Part shown: positions 56,563-64,000 of the stretch, piece after piece | How positions within the stretch are numbered: the stretch's first letter is position 1 | How the letters are laid out: every line of letters starts with the position of its first letter | Assembly (NCBI GenBank): GCA_963707215.1 | Contig: CAVPPB010000003.1 | Span: forward strand, 1,472,001 to 1,536,000 | Origin: an uncultured Chloroflexia bacterium | GTDB lineage: Bacteria > Chloroflexota > Limnocylindria > Limnocylindrales > CSP1-4 | Length of the DNA: 64,000 bases | Reading direction: 5' to 3' | Made by a program: the position numbers and the translations under genes | The notes under the pieces: generated by a model | The model's database searches: none | The model's input: the letters and a program-made list of their open reading frames with translations, nothing else | What the model was told of the DNA's origin: nothing

Positions 56563-57858
56563 ATGAGCTGGCAAACCCCGGAACGACCCGAGCACCGGCG
56601 GTCTCGTCCCCGACGAGCGGCCCCCCGAGCCTGGACGACCCCCGACCCGAGTGCCTCGCGGTGGTTGGCAGCACCCTCCCAGCCTCCCGCACCGATCGCC
56701 GCCGCGGTCCCGGACCCGAGCCCGGCCGATGATCGGCGCCGGCACGGGCGCCGCACGCGGGAGGCCCTGCTCGTCGCGGTCGGCGCGCTGGCTGTCGTCG
56801 GCGTCCTCGCCATGGGCATCCTCGTAGGCCCGGCCGAACCGGGCAGCGCCGGGGCCGCGTCCTCCGGCGCCGATGCCACGCCGGCGGCCACGGCCACCAC
56901 GAGCCAGGCGACCATGAACCAGCAGCCCGAGGTGGTCCTCGCCGCCGACGTCGACGCCGCCTCGGTCGCCGACCGGGTCATCCCGTCGGTCGTCTACGTC
57001 GAGGTGCTCGCTTCCGGGCGTGACGGTGCGGCCGCGCCGATCGCCTCCGGCAGCGGGGTCATCCTCGACACCGCCGGGCACATCGCGACCAACCGCCACG
57101 TCGTGGCGGCCGGGACCACGTACCGGGTCGTGCTGTATGACGGGCGGACCTACGACGCCACCCTGGTCGGGGTGGACGAGGCGACCGACCTGGCGGTCCT
57201 CGACATCGGCGCCGACGACCTCATCCCGATCACGCTCGGCTCCTCCGATACCCTCGAGGTCGGCGACCCGGCCGTCGCGGTCGGCAGCCCGCTCGGACTC
57301 CAGGGCGGTCCGTCGCTGACGGTCGGCGTCGTCTCCGCCTTCGGTCGGGAGGTCACGACCGACACGAGCACCCTGTACGGGATGCTCCAGACCGATGCCG
57401 CCATCACCGAGGGCTCGAGCGGCGGCGCGCTGGTCGACGAGGCGGGCCGGCTGATCGGCATCACGACGGCCGTCGGCGTCAGCAGCGTCGGGGTCGAGGG
57501 CATCGGCTTCGCCACCCCGGTCGAGATCGTCGACCGGGTCGCCGACGAGCTGGTCTCCGACGGCACGGCGAGCCGACCGGGCCTCGGGATCACCGGCCAG
57601 ACGGCCTACCGCCAGCTCGCCGACGGTGGAGAGCAGCCGGTCGGCGTCGAGATCCTCGCGATCCGGGCCGGCTCGGCGGCATCCGATGCCGGCCTCGCCG
57701 TGGGAGACGTCATCTCGAAGGTCGGCGACACGCCGATCGACACGATGGACGAGCTGGTCGCGGCGCTGCGGCGTCACTCGGCCGGCGACGAGGTCTCCCT
57801 GGCGATCGACGGAAGCGGGGCCATCCGGACGGCGTCGGTCGTGCTCCAGGACCTCTAG
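56563..57858 (+). CDS. htrA: Membrane-anchored HtrA/DegP serine protease with PDZ
   Basis: TM; GSGVI, TNRHVV, TDLAVL, QTDAAITEGSSGGAL; PDZ LGI...GDVI. Confidence 0.93.
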   Translation: MSWQTPERPEHRRSRPRRAAPRAWTTPDPSASRWLAAPSQPPAPIAAAVPDPSPADDRRRHGRRTREALLVAVGALAVVGVLAMGILVGPAEPGSAGAASSGADATPAATATTSQATMNQQPEVVLAADVDAASVADRVIPSVVYVEVLASGRDGAAAPIASGSGVILDTAGHIATNRHVVAAGTTYRVVLYDGRTYDATLVGVDEATDLAVLDIGADDLIPITLGSSDTLEVGDPAVAVGSPLGLQGGPSLTVGVVSAFGREVTTDTSTLYGMLQTDAAITEGSSGGALVDEAGRLIGITTAVGVSSVGVEGIGFATPVEIVDRVADELVSDGTASRPGLGITGQTAYRQLADGGEQPVGVEILAIRAGSAASDAGLAVGDVISKVGDTPIDTMDELVAALRRHSAGDEVSLAIDGSGAIRTASVVLQDL

Positions 57859-57977
57859 GCGTCCGCCGTGGCGGGCGACCGGGCTTGACCGGGGCGGGGG
57901 TCGCGGGTGCACCATCCCGTCAACGAGCGTCGTCGCCCGCTCCGGGCGCGGCCGGCCGACGAACGAAGGAGCGCCCG

Positions 57978-58454
57978 ATGGCCACCCCGACCCGCCCACC
58001 CGAGCTCGACGACGCGACCCGGCGGGCACTGGCCGTCGGCCTCTACAACCGGGCCATGGACCTGCTCCAGGTGCCGGACCGGACCCCCGACCAGGACGAC
58101 GATCTCATCCACACCGCGCACGCCTCGCGCCACCACTGGGGCGAGGTAGGGACGCCGCTGAACCTGGCCCGCGGGGAGTGGCTCTGCGGCCGGGTGTACG
58201 CGACGCTCGGGCGCGGCGAGCCGGCCGTCTGGCACGCCCGACGTTGCCTCGAGCTCCTCGAGGGCCCGGCCGCCGCGGACCGCGAGGACTGGGACCTGCC
58301 CGCCGCCTGCGAGGGGATGGCCCGGGCCCTGTCCGCGGCCGGCGACACGGATGGTCGCGATGCCTGGGAGGCACGTGCGCGGGAGGCGCTCGCGGACATC
58401 GTCGACGCCGAGGACCGCGAGGTCATCGAGCAGGACCTGCGCACCATCCCATGA
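57978..58454 (+). CDS. Conserved hypothetical helical (TPR-like) protein
   Basis: AHASRHHW..VG...NLARGEW..RVY; AAGGAG RBS. Confidence 0.8.
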   Translation: MATPTRPPELDDATRRALAVGLYNRAMDLLQVPDRTPDQDDDLIHTAHASRHHWGEVGTPLNLARGEWLCGRVYATLGRGEPAVWHARRCLELLEGPAAADREDWDLPAACEGMARALSAAGDTDGRDAWEARAREALADIVDAEDREVIEQDLRTIP

Positions 58455-58527
58455 GCCACCTCGTCGTGGCGCCCTCGCCGACCGGGGCGGTGCCGGTGTC
58501 GGAAGCAGCCGTCGGGGGACGTCGCAG

Positions 58528-59421
58528 GTGAAGGTCGGCGTCATGCTCCCGGTCGGCGCCACCGACGGACCCGGTGGCCGGGTCTCGACATGGGACGACG
58601 TCCGCGGGATCGCCCAGGCTGCCGAGCGGGAGGGGCTCGACTCGGTCTGGTTGGCCGACCACTTCTTCTACCGCGACCCGGACGGGAACGTCACCGGGAT
58701 GCACGAGGCCTGGACCCTGCTGGCGGCCGTCGCCGCCGTGACGCCCCGGGTCGAGATCGGGCCCCTCGTCCTCTGCTCGTCGTTCCGGGATCCGGGCCTG
58801 GTGGCCCAGATGGCGGCCACGGCCGATCTCGTCAGCGGGGGCCGCCTGGTCCTGGGCCTGGGCTCGGGCTGGCACGATCCCGAGTACGAGGCGTTCGGGC
58901 TGCCGACCGATTGGCGCGTCAGCCGCTTCGCCGAGGCCCTGGAGATCGTCGCTCGCCTGCTGCGTAGCGAGCGGGTCACCTTCGAGGGCCGCTTCTACCG
59001 CGTCCACGAGGCCGAGCTCGTGCCGCCGCCGGAGCGACGGATCCCGATCCTGGTCGCGGCCTTCGGACCGCGGATGCTGGGCCTGACGGCTCGCTGGGCC
59101 GACGCCTGGAACACGGCCTGGTACGGCGAGCCGGACGACGAGCTCCGGGCGGCGCTGGGAGCCCTGGACGATGCGCTCCTTGCGGCCGGCCGCGACCCCG
59201 CCACCATGACCCGGACCGTGGGGATCACCGTCCGTGACTCGGGGCAGCCGCCGATCGCCGAGCCGGAGGAGGCGGCCCTGACCGGCTCGGTCGACGAGCT
59301 GGCCGCGGCACTCCAGGCCTACGCGGCGCTCGGGGTCGACCATGTCATCGCTGGCCTGGAGCCGATCGCCGAGCGGTCGGTCGAGCGCCTCGCCGAGGCC
59401 GTCCGGCGGTCCCGTCCCTGA
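58528..59421 (+). CDS. LLM class flavin/F420-dependent oxidoreductase
   Basis: DSVWLADHF, EAWTLLAAVA, FRDPGL, GLGSGWH. Confidence 0.92.
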   Translation: MKVGVMLPVGATDGPGGRVSTWDDVRGIAQAAEREGLDSVWLADHFFYRDPDGNVTGMHEAWTLLAAVAAVTPRVEIGPLVLCSSFRDPGLVAQMAATADLVSGGRLVLGLGSGWHDPEYEAFGLPTDWRVSRFAEALEIVARLLRSERVTFEGRFYRVHEAELVPPPERRIPILVAAFGPRMLGLTARWADAWNTAWYGEPDDELRAALGALDDALLAAGRDPATMTRTVGITVRDSGQPPIAEPEEAALTGSVDELAAALQAYAALGVDHVIAGLEPIAERSVERLAEAVRRSRP

Positions 59422-59528
59422 CGGCCGGCTGGCCCGTCGCGTACCGTTGACGGCACGTCCCGGGCGGTGCGAGCGCACCGCGTCGGGACGTCGTCATCCC
59501 GACACCGTGACCCGAGGAGGACCCACCG

Positions 59529-60476
59529 ATGGCCGACCTCAAGCTGGGGATCAACCTCTGGAGCCAGTGCGCATCGTGGGACGAGATGCTCGAGACGGCG
59601 CAGCGCTGCGAGGCCCTTGGCTACGAGCACGTGTGGACCTGGGACCACCTCTACGCGATCGTGGGCGATCCCTACCAGCCGATCTTCGAGGGCTGGTCGG
59701 TCCTGGCCGCATGGGCCATGGCGACCGAGCGGATCCGCATCGGCCTGATGGTGGGAGCCAACACCTTCCGCAACCCGGGCCTGGTAGCCAAGACCGTCGC
59801 GACCCTCGACCACATCAGCCACGGCCGGGCGATCCTCGGCATCGGCGGCGCCTGGTTCGACCTCGAGCACGAGGCCCACGGCATCGAGTTCGGAGCCAGC
59901 CCGGGCCGCCGCCTGGACTGGCTCGACGAGTCAGTCGCGGCGATTCGGACCCTCCTCGACGGCGGGACGGTCACCTCGCCGTCGGACGGGCACTACGCGT
60001 TCCGGGAGCTGCGCCATGTGCCGCCGCCGGTCCAGGAGCACCTCCCGATCATGATCGGCGGCAGCGGCCGCAGGAAGACGCTCCGGACAGTAGCCCGCTA
60101 CGCCGACATGTGGAACGGCTTCGCTGACACGCCGGAGGAGGCTCGCGAGGTCGTCGGCGTCTTCGAGGGGCACTGCGCCGACGAGGGTCGGGATCCCGCG
60201 TCCGTCCATCGGACGAGCAACCTGTGGATGGTCATCCGGGATTCGGAGCAGGAGGCCCGGCGCGTCTGGGAGCACCAGATGCGTCACAACCGCGAGAGCG
60301 AGGAGATCGAGCCCGATCGCCCCATCGTGGGCTCGCCCGAGCAGGTCGCCGAGCGCGTCCGCGCCTATGTCGAGGCCGGCTTCGAGGGCGCCATCGTCGA
60401 GCTGCCGGCCCCCTACGACACCGAGACCATGGAGCGCCTCATCGGCCAGGTGAAGCCGCTCGTCGACCGGGGCTGA
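59529..60476 (+). CDS. LLM class F420-dependent oxidoreductase
   Basis: WTWDHL, ANTFRNPGL, GIGGAWF, IMIGGSG..KTLR.VA. Confidence 0.92.
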   Translation: MADLKLGINLWSQCASWDEMLETAQRCEALGYEHVWTWDHLYAIVGDPYQPIFEGWSVLAAWAMATERIRIGLMVGANTFRNPGLVAKTVATLDHISHGRAILGIGGAWFDLEHEAHGIEFGASPGRRLDWLDESVAAIRTLLDGGTVTSPSDGHYAFRELRHVPPPVQEHLPIMIGGSGRRKTLRTVARYADMWNGFADTPEEAREVVGVFEGHCADEGRDPASVHRTSNLWMVIRDSEQEARRVWEHQMRHNRESEEIEPDRPIVGSPEQVAERVRAYVEAGFEGAIVELPAPYDTETMERLIGQVKPLVDRG

Positions 60477-60480
60477 CGAG

Positions 60481-60924
60481 GTGGCCGGACGCCGGATCGC
60501 CTACCCGACCGACCGCCTGATGGCGGTGGTCGACGACCCGTCCGCCGGCCGGTCCGCTGCGGAGCGGCTGGTGGCCGCCGGCCTGGTCGAGCCCGGCGCC
60601 GTCGAGGTCCTGCTCGGGCCGGAGGACGCGGCACGGATCGACGGGCTGGGCCGGAGCGGCGGGATCCTGGCCAGGGCGATCCGGCTGGTCCAGTTCACGA
60701 CGATGGACCAGATGCCCGACCTGTACCTGTACGAGGCGGCGGTCCGGGACAGCCGGGCCGTCATCGCCGTGCGGGTCCGCGACCGGGCCCGGATGCTGGC
60801 GGTCCGCGATCGGCTCGGGGCAGACGGGGCCCACTTCATGAACTTCTACGGCCGCTTCGCGACGGAGGAGCTGACCCGCTGGCGGGGACCCGAACTGGCG
60901 ATCCCGGAGACGCTCCGGCGCTAG
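60481..60924 (+). CDS. Hypothetical protein
   Basis: YPTDRLMAVVD...GAHFMNFYGR; coding-like GC3, in operon. Confidence 0.75.
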   Translation: MAGRRIAYPTDRLMAVVDDPSAGRSAAERLVAAGLVEPGAVEVLLGPEDAARIDGLGRSGGILARAIRLVQFTTMDQMPDLYLYEAAVRDSRAVIAVRVRDRARMLAVRDRLGADGAHFMNFYGRFATEELTRWRGPELAIPETLRR

Positions 60925-60986
60925 CCCGGGTGGCGGCCGGCGGCGGGCATCGGCTATGGTCGCCGGACCACCGAGGAGCCCGCCGG

Positions 60987-62171
60987 ATGTCCGTCCAGAC
61001 CGTCGCCAACGGCCGTGCTGCTGCGACCGTCGAGTTCGAGCACGTCACCAAGCGCTACGACTCGGCCGCGGCGGCAGCTGGTGCCCCGGCCGCGGTCGAG
61101 GACCTCTCGCTCCGGGTGCCGGCCGGCCGGATCTGCGTCCTGGTGGGTCCGTCGGGCTGCGGCAAGACGACCTCCCTGAAGATGGTCAACCGGCTCATCG
61201 ACCCGACCGGCGGCCGGATCCTCATCGACGGCGAGGACGCCGCCTCGCGCGACATCACCGAGCTGCGGCGGAGCATCGGCTACGTCATCCAGCAGGTGGG
61301 CCTCTTCCCGCACCAGACGATCGAGGAGAACGTGGCCACCGTGCCGCGGCTCCTCGGCTGGCCCACGGGGCGGCGGCGCGAGCGGGCAGCGGAGCTCCTG
61401 GCCCTGGTCGGCCTGGACCCCGGCGCCTACGCCCGTCGCTACCCGGCCCAGTTGTCGGGCGGCGAGCGGCAGCGGGTCGGCGTCGCCCGGGCGCTGGCGG
61501 CCGACCCGCCGATCATGCTGATGGACGAGCCCTTCGGCGCGGTCGACCCGATCGTCCGGACCCGCCTCCAGGACGAGCTCCTGCGCCTCCAGGAGGACCT
61601 CGCCAAGACCATCCTCTTCGTGACCCACGACGTCGACGAAGCGATCAAGATGGGCGACCTGGTCGCCGTCCTGCAGGTGGGCGGCCACCTGGCCCAGTTC
61701 GGCCCGCCGGCCGAGATCCTGGCCCACCCGGCGAACGAGTTCGTGGCCCGCTTCGTCGGCGCCGATCGGGGGCTCAAGCGGCTCTCGCTGGCCCGGGTCG
61801 GCGAGGTCACCCTGCGAACCCCCGTGACCGCCCGACCGGGTGACGAGGCCGAGCCGGCCAGGGCCCGCATCCAGGCGGACCCCTTTCCCTACCTCCTGCT
61901 GGTCGACGCACAGGATCGGCCGATCGGCTGGCTGGATCAGGATGAGATCCCCTGGTCCGGCCAGCTCGACGCGTCGCAGGCGATCCCGATGTCGCCGCTG
62001 CTCGATCGACGGATGACGCTCAAGGATGCCCTCTCGATCCTCCTCGACGCGAGCGTCCAGGCCGGCATCGTCGTCGACCGGACCGGAGCGACCCGGGGCC
62101 TCCTGACCGTCGACGACATCGCCGAGCGGCTCCGAACCCCGGTCGAGCCGGCCGAGGGCTCGGCGACGTGA
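60987..62171 (+). CDS. Osmoprotectant (OpuC/ProU-like) ABC transporter ATP-binding protein with CBS domains
   Basis: GPSGCGKTT, IGYVIQQVGLFPH, LSGG, MDEPFGAVDP, VTHD. Confidence 0.95.
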   Translation: MSVQTVANGRAAATVEFEHVTKRYDSAAAAAGAPAAVEDLSLRVPAGRICVLVGPSGCGKTTSLKMVNRLIDPTGGRILIDGEDAASRDITELRRSIGYVIQQVGLFPHQTIEENVATVPRLLGWPTGRRRERAAELLALVGLDPGAYARRYPAQLSGGERQRVGVARALAADPPIMLMDEPFGAVDPIVRTRLQDELLRLQEDLAKTILFVTHDVDEAIKMGDLVAVLQVGGHLAQFGPPAEILAHPANEFVARFVGADRGLKRLSLARVGEVTLRTPVTARPGDEAEPARARIQADPFPYLLLVDAQDRPIGWLDQDEIPWSGQLDASQAIPMSPLLDRRMTLKDALSILLDASVQAGIVVDRTGATRGLLTVDDIAERLRTPVEPAEGSAT

Positions 62172-62806
62172 ACTGGGCATGGATCCCGGCGAACGCAGCA
62201 GCGCTGGTCGAGGCGACCGTCGACCACGTCGTCCTCACGGCCCTCGCCGTCGGCGTCGGCCTCGCCATCGCCATGGTCCTCGCCCTCGTCATCCACCGCG
62301 ATCGCCGGGCCTACGGTCCAGTGACGGCCGTGACCGGGCTCCTCTACACCATCCCGAGCCTGGCCCTCTTCGCCTTCCTGGTCCCGATCACCGGCCTGTC
62401 GCTGCTCACCGCCGAGATCGGCCTGGTGAGCTACACCCTCCTCATCCTCGTGCGCAACATCGTCGCCGGTCTCGATTCGGTGCCGCCGGACGTCTGCGAG
62501 ACGGCGGACGGGATGGGCTACACCTGGGGTGGCCGGCTGTGGCGCGTCGAGCTCCCGGTCGCCGTCCCCCTCATCATCGCCGGGCTGCGCATCGCCACGG
62601 TCACGACGATCGGCCTGGTGATGGTGACGGCGCTTATCGGCGAGGGCGGACTGGGGCAGGTCATGCTCCGCGGCTTCAACTTCCGGAACTGGACCGCCGT
62701 GTACGCGGGCGCCGCGATCACCCTGGCCCTCGCGATCGCCGCCGACCTGATGCTGGTCGGGCTCGGACGCCTCGCCACGCCGTGGGCCGCGGCGAGCCGG
62801 CGCTGA
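62168..62806 (+). CDS. Osmoprotectant ABC transporter permease
   Basis: YTIPSLALF, GMG, VELPVA.P.IIAGLR, GGLG. Confidence 0.93.
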   Translation: MNWAWIPANAAALVEATVDHVVLTALAVGVGLAIAMVLALVIHRDRRAYGPVTAVTGLLYTIPSLALFAFLVPITGLSLLTAEIGLVSYTLLILVRNIVAGLDSVPPDVCETADGMGYTWGGRLWRVELPVAVPLIIAGLRIATVTTIGLVMVTALIGEGGLGQVMLRGFNFRNWTAVYAGAAITLALAIAADLMLVGLGRLATPWAAASRR

Positions 62807-62816
62807 GGCGGCCCCG

Positions 62817-63593
62817 ATGATCGAGCTCCTGGCCGAGGTCGTCGCCTGGTTCGACGACCCCGCCAGCTGGACCGGTCCCAACGGCATCCCGGCACGGACC
62901 CTGGAGCACGTCCTGCTGTCGGGCCTCTGCGTCGTGACCGCGATCGCGGTGGCGGTCCCCGTGGGCCTGACGATCGGGCACACGGGCCGAGGCGCCCTGC
63001 TGGCGGTGACGATCGCCAACATCGGCCGCGGCCTGCCCTCGTACGCCCTCCTGCTCATGCTCTTCCCGTTCTTCGGCATCGGCTTCTCGACCGCCTTCCC
63101 GGCGCTCCTGCTGCTGACCATCCCGCCGATCCTCACCAACACGTACGTCGGCGTGCGGGATGTCGACCGGGATGTCGTGGAGGCCGGCCGTGGGATGGGG
63201 ATGACCGAGCTGGCGCTCCTCAGGCAGGTCGAGCTGCCGCTGGCGCTGCCGGTGATCATCGCCGGGGTCCGGACCGCCGCGGTCCAGGTGGTCGCCACGG
63301 CGACGCTGGCCGCGCTCGTCGGAGGTGGCGGCCTGGGCCGCTTCATCGTCGATGGGTTCGCCCTCCAGGACGACGGGCAGCTCGTCGGCGGGGCCATCCT
63401 GGTCGCCGCGTTGGCGATCCTGACCGAATGGTCCCTGGGCATGGTCGAACGACGGGTCGTCCCACCCGGCGTGCGAGGCCCCGGGATCGCGGAGCCGCCG
63501 GCCTTCGAGTACGTCGCCCCGCCTCCTGCCGAGCGGCGCGTGGCGTCCCTGGAGGTCGTCGCGCGGCCGTCGAGCCTGGTCCGACCCGGCTGA
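62817..63593 (+). CDS. Osmoprotectant ABC transporter permease
   Basis: IGHTGRG, IPPILTNTY, EAGRGMGM, GGGGLG. Confidence 0.93.
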   Translation: MIELLAEVVAWFDDPASWTGPNGIPARTLEHVLLSGLCVVTAIAVAVPVGLTIGHTGRGALLAVTIANIGRGLPSYALLLMLFPFFGIGFSTAFPALLLLTIPPILTNTYVGVRDVDRDVVEAGRGMGMTELALLRQVELPLALPVIIAGVRTAAVQVVATATLAALVGGGGLGRFIVDGFALQDDGQLVGGAILVAALAILTEWSLGMVERRVVPPGVRGPGIAEPPAFEYVAPPPAERRVASLEVVARPSSLVRPG

Positions 63594-63701
63594 GCGCCGT
63601 CCAACGGGCCGGACGCCTTCGGCGTCTGGGGCTACCATCGACCGCGCGACCCGGCGCGCCGTTGACCGACGGCGCCGGGATCCGATGACCAAGGAGGACC
63701 C

Positions 63702-63812
63702 ATGCGGTATCACCGCAGCGTGGCTCTCGGGGCGAGGCGGCCGCTCGGCGGCGTCCCGGGTGGGGGCCACTACCTCGACAGCGCGACGCGTCCGGCGAGG
63801 TGGACCCGATGA
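63702..63812 (+). other. 36-codon small ORF, possible remnant of the substrate-binding protein gene
   Basis: AAGGAGG RBS then MRYHRSVALGA..., stop overlaps next ATG (ATGA). Confidence 0.45.
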
Positions 63813-64000
63813 CCGAGCAGCAGGGCGGCGGGCAGTCCCCGGCGACCGGCCCGGATCCGACCCCGACACCAACACCGGAACCGGCGACCCCGGGGGCCGC
63901 CTCTACCCCGGCATCCACGCCGGCCGAGCCGTCGGGCGGCAGCGCGACGCCACCACCGCCGGCCGCGCCCGTCCAGGGCAGCACCGGCCCCAGCGGCGGC
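63809..64000 (+). CDS. Pro-rich N-terminus of a protein running off the window
   Basis: GAGGTGG RBS, MTEQQGGGQSPATGPDPTP..., open to the end. Confidence 0.55.
   Translation, partial: MTEQQGGGQSPATGPDPTPTPTPEPATPGAASTPASTPAEPSGGSATPPPPAAPVQGSTGPSGG

Noticed and set aside
57385-57430. HtrA as a pseudo-protease (ITEGSSGG instead of INPGNSGG)
   Set aside because: His, Asp and the nucleophile Ser are all retained.

Overview
Very GC-rich, gene-dense chromosomal window with no integrase, transposase, prophage structural gene or CRISPR array. Gene content and style (F420-type LLM enzymes, UvrD2-HRDC, ATP-dependent ligase, CWB2 and 'PPPTST'-anchored surface proteins, many leaderless starts) suggest a high-GC monoderm, plausibly Chloroflexota (Limnocylindria-like) or Actinomycetota. 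That assignment is inference only. About 55 CDS and one tRNA. Modules: SulP/SHOCT/DUF6325; NarL-type two-component system around a bactofilin-like membrane protein; frameshifted di-haem cytochrome c peroxidase; P1B-5 ATPase-hemerythrin (frameshifted) divergent from dps-fur; MerR/LLM and TetR/ABC pairs with visible operators; LAL regulator; orphan permuted amino-methyltransferase; modAB with a TOBE regulator; C-DES-like PLP enzyme divergent from a rhodanese; OmpR-type TCS with two duplicated secreted proteins and HtrA; osmoprotectant ABC transporter. Most notable: (1) a tRNA with anticodon UAU (Ile), rare in bacteria; (2) a self-contained putative envelope-stress regulon marked by four promoters sharing 11-bp-phased TC(A/C)CAG repeats; (3) a tandem rhodanese with Asp in place of the catalytic Cys, paired with a PLP C-S lyase; (4) small ORFs coupled by ATGA/GTGA overlaps, one a probable remnant of a lost binding-protein gene.
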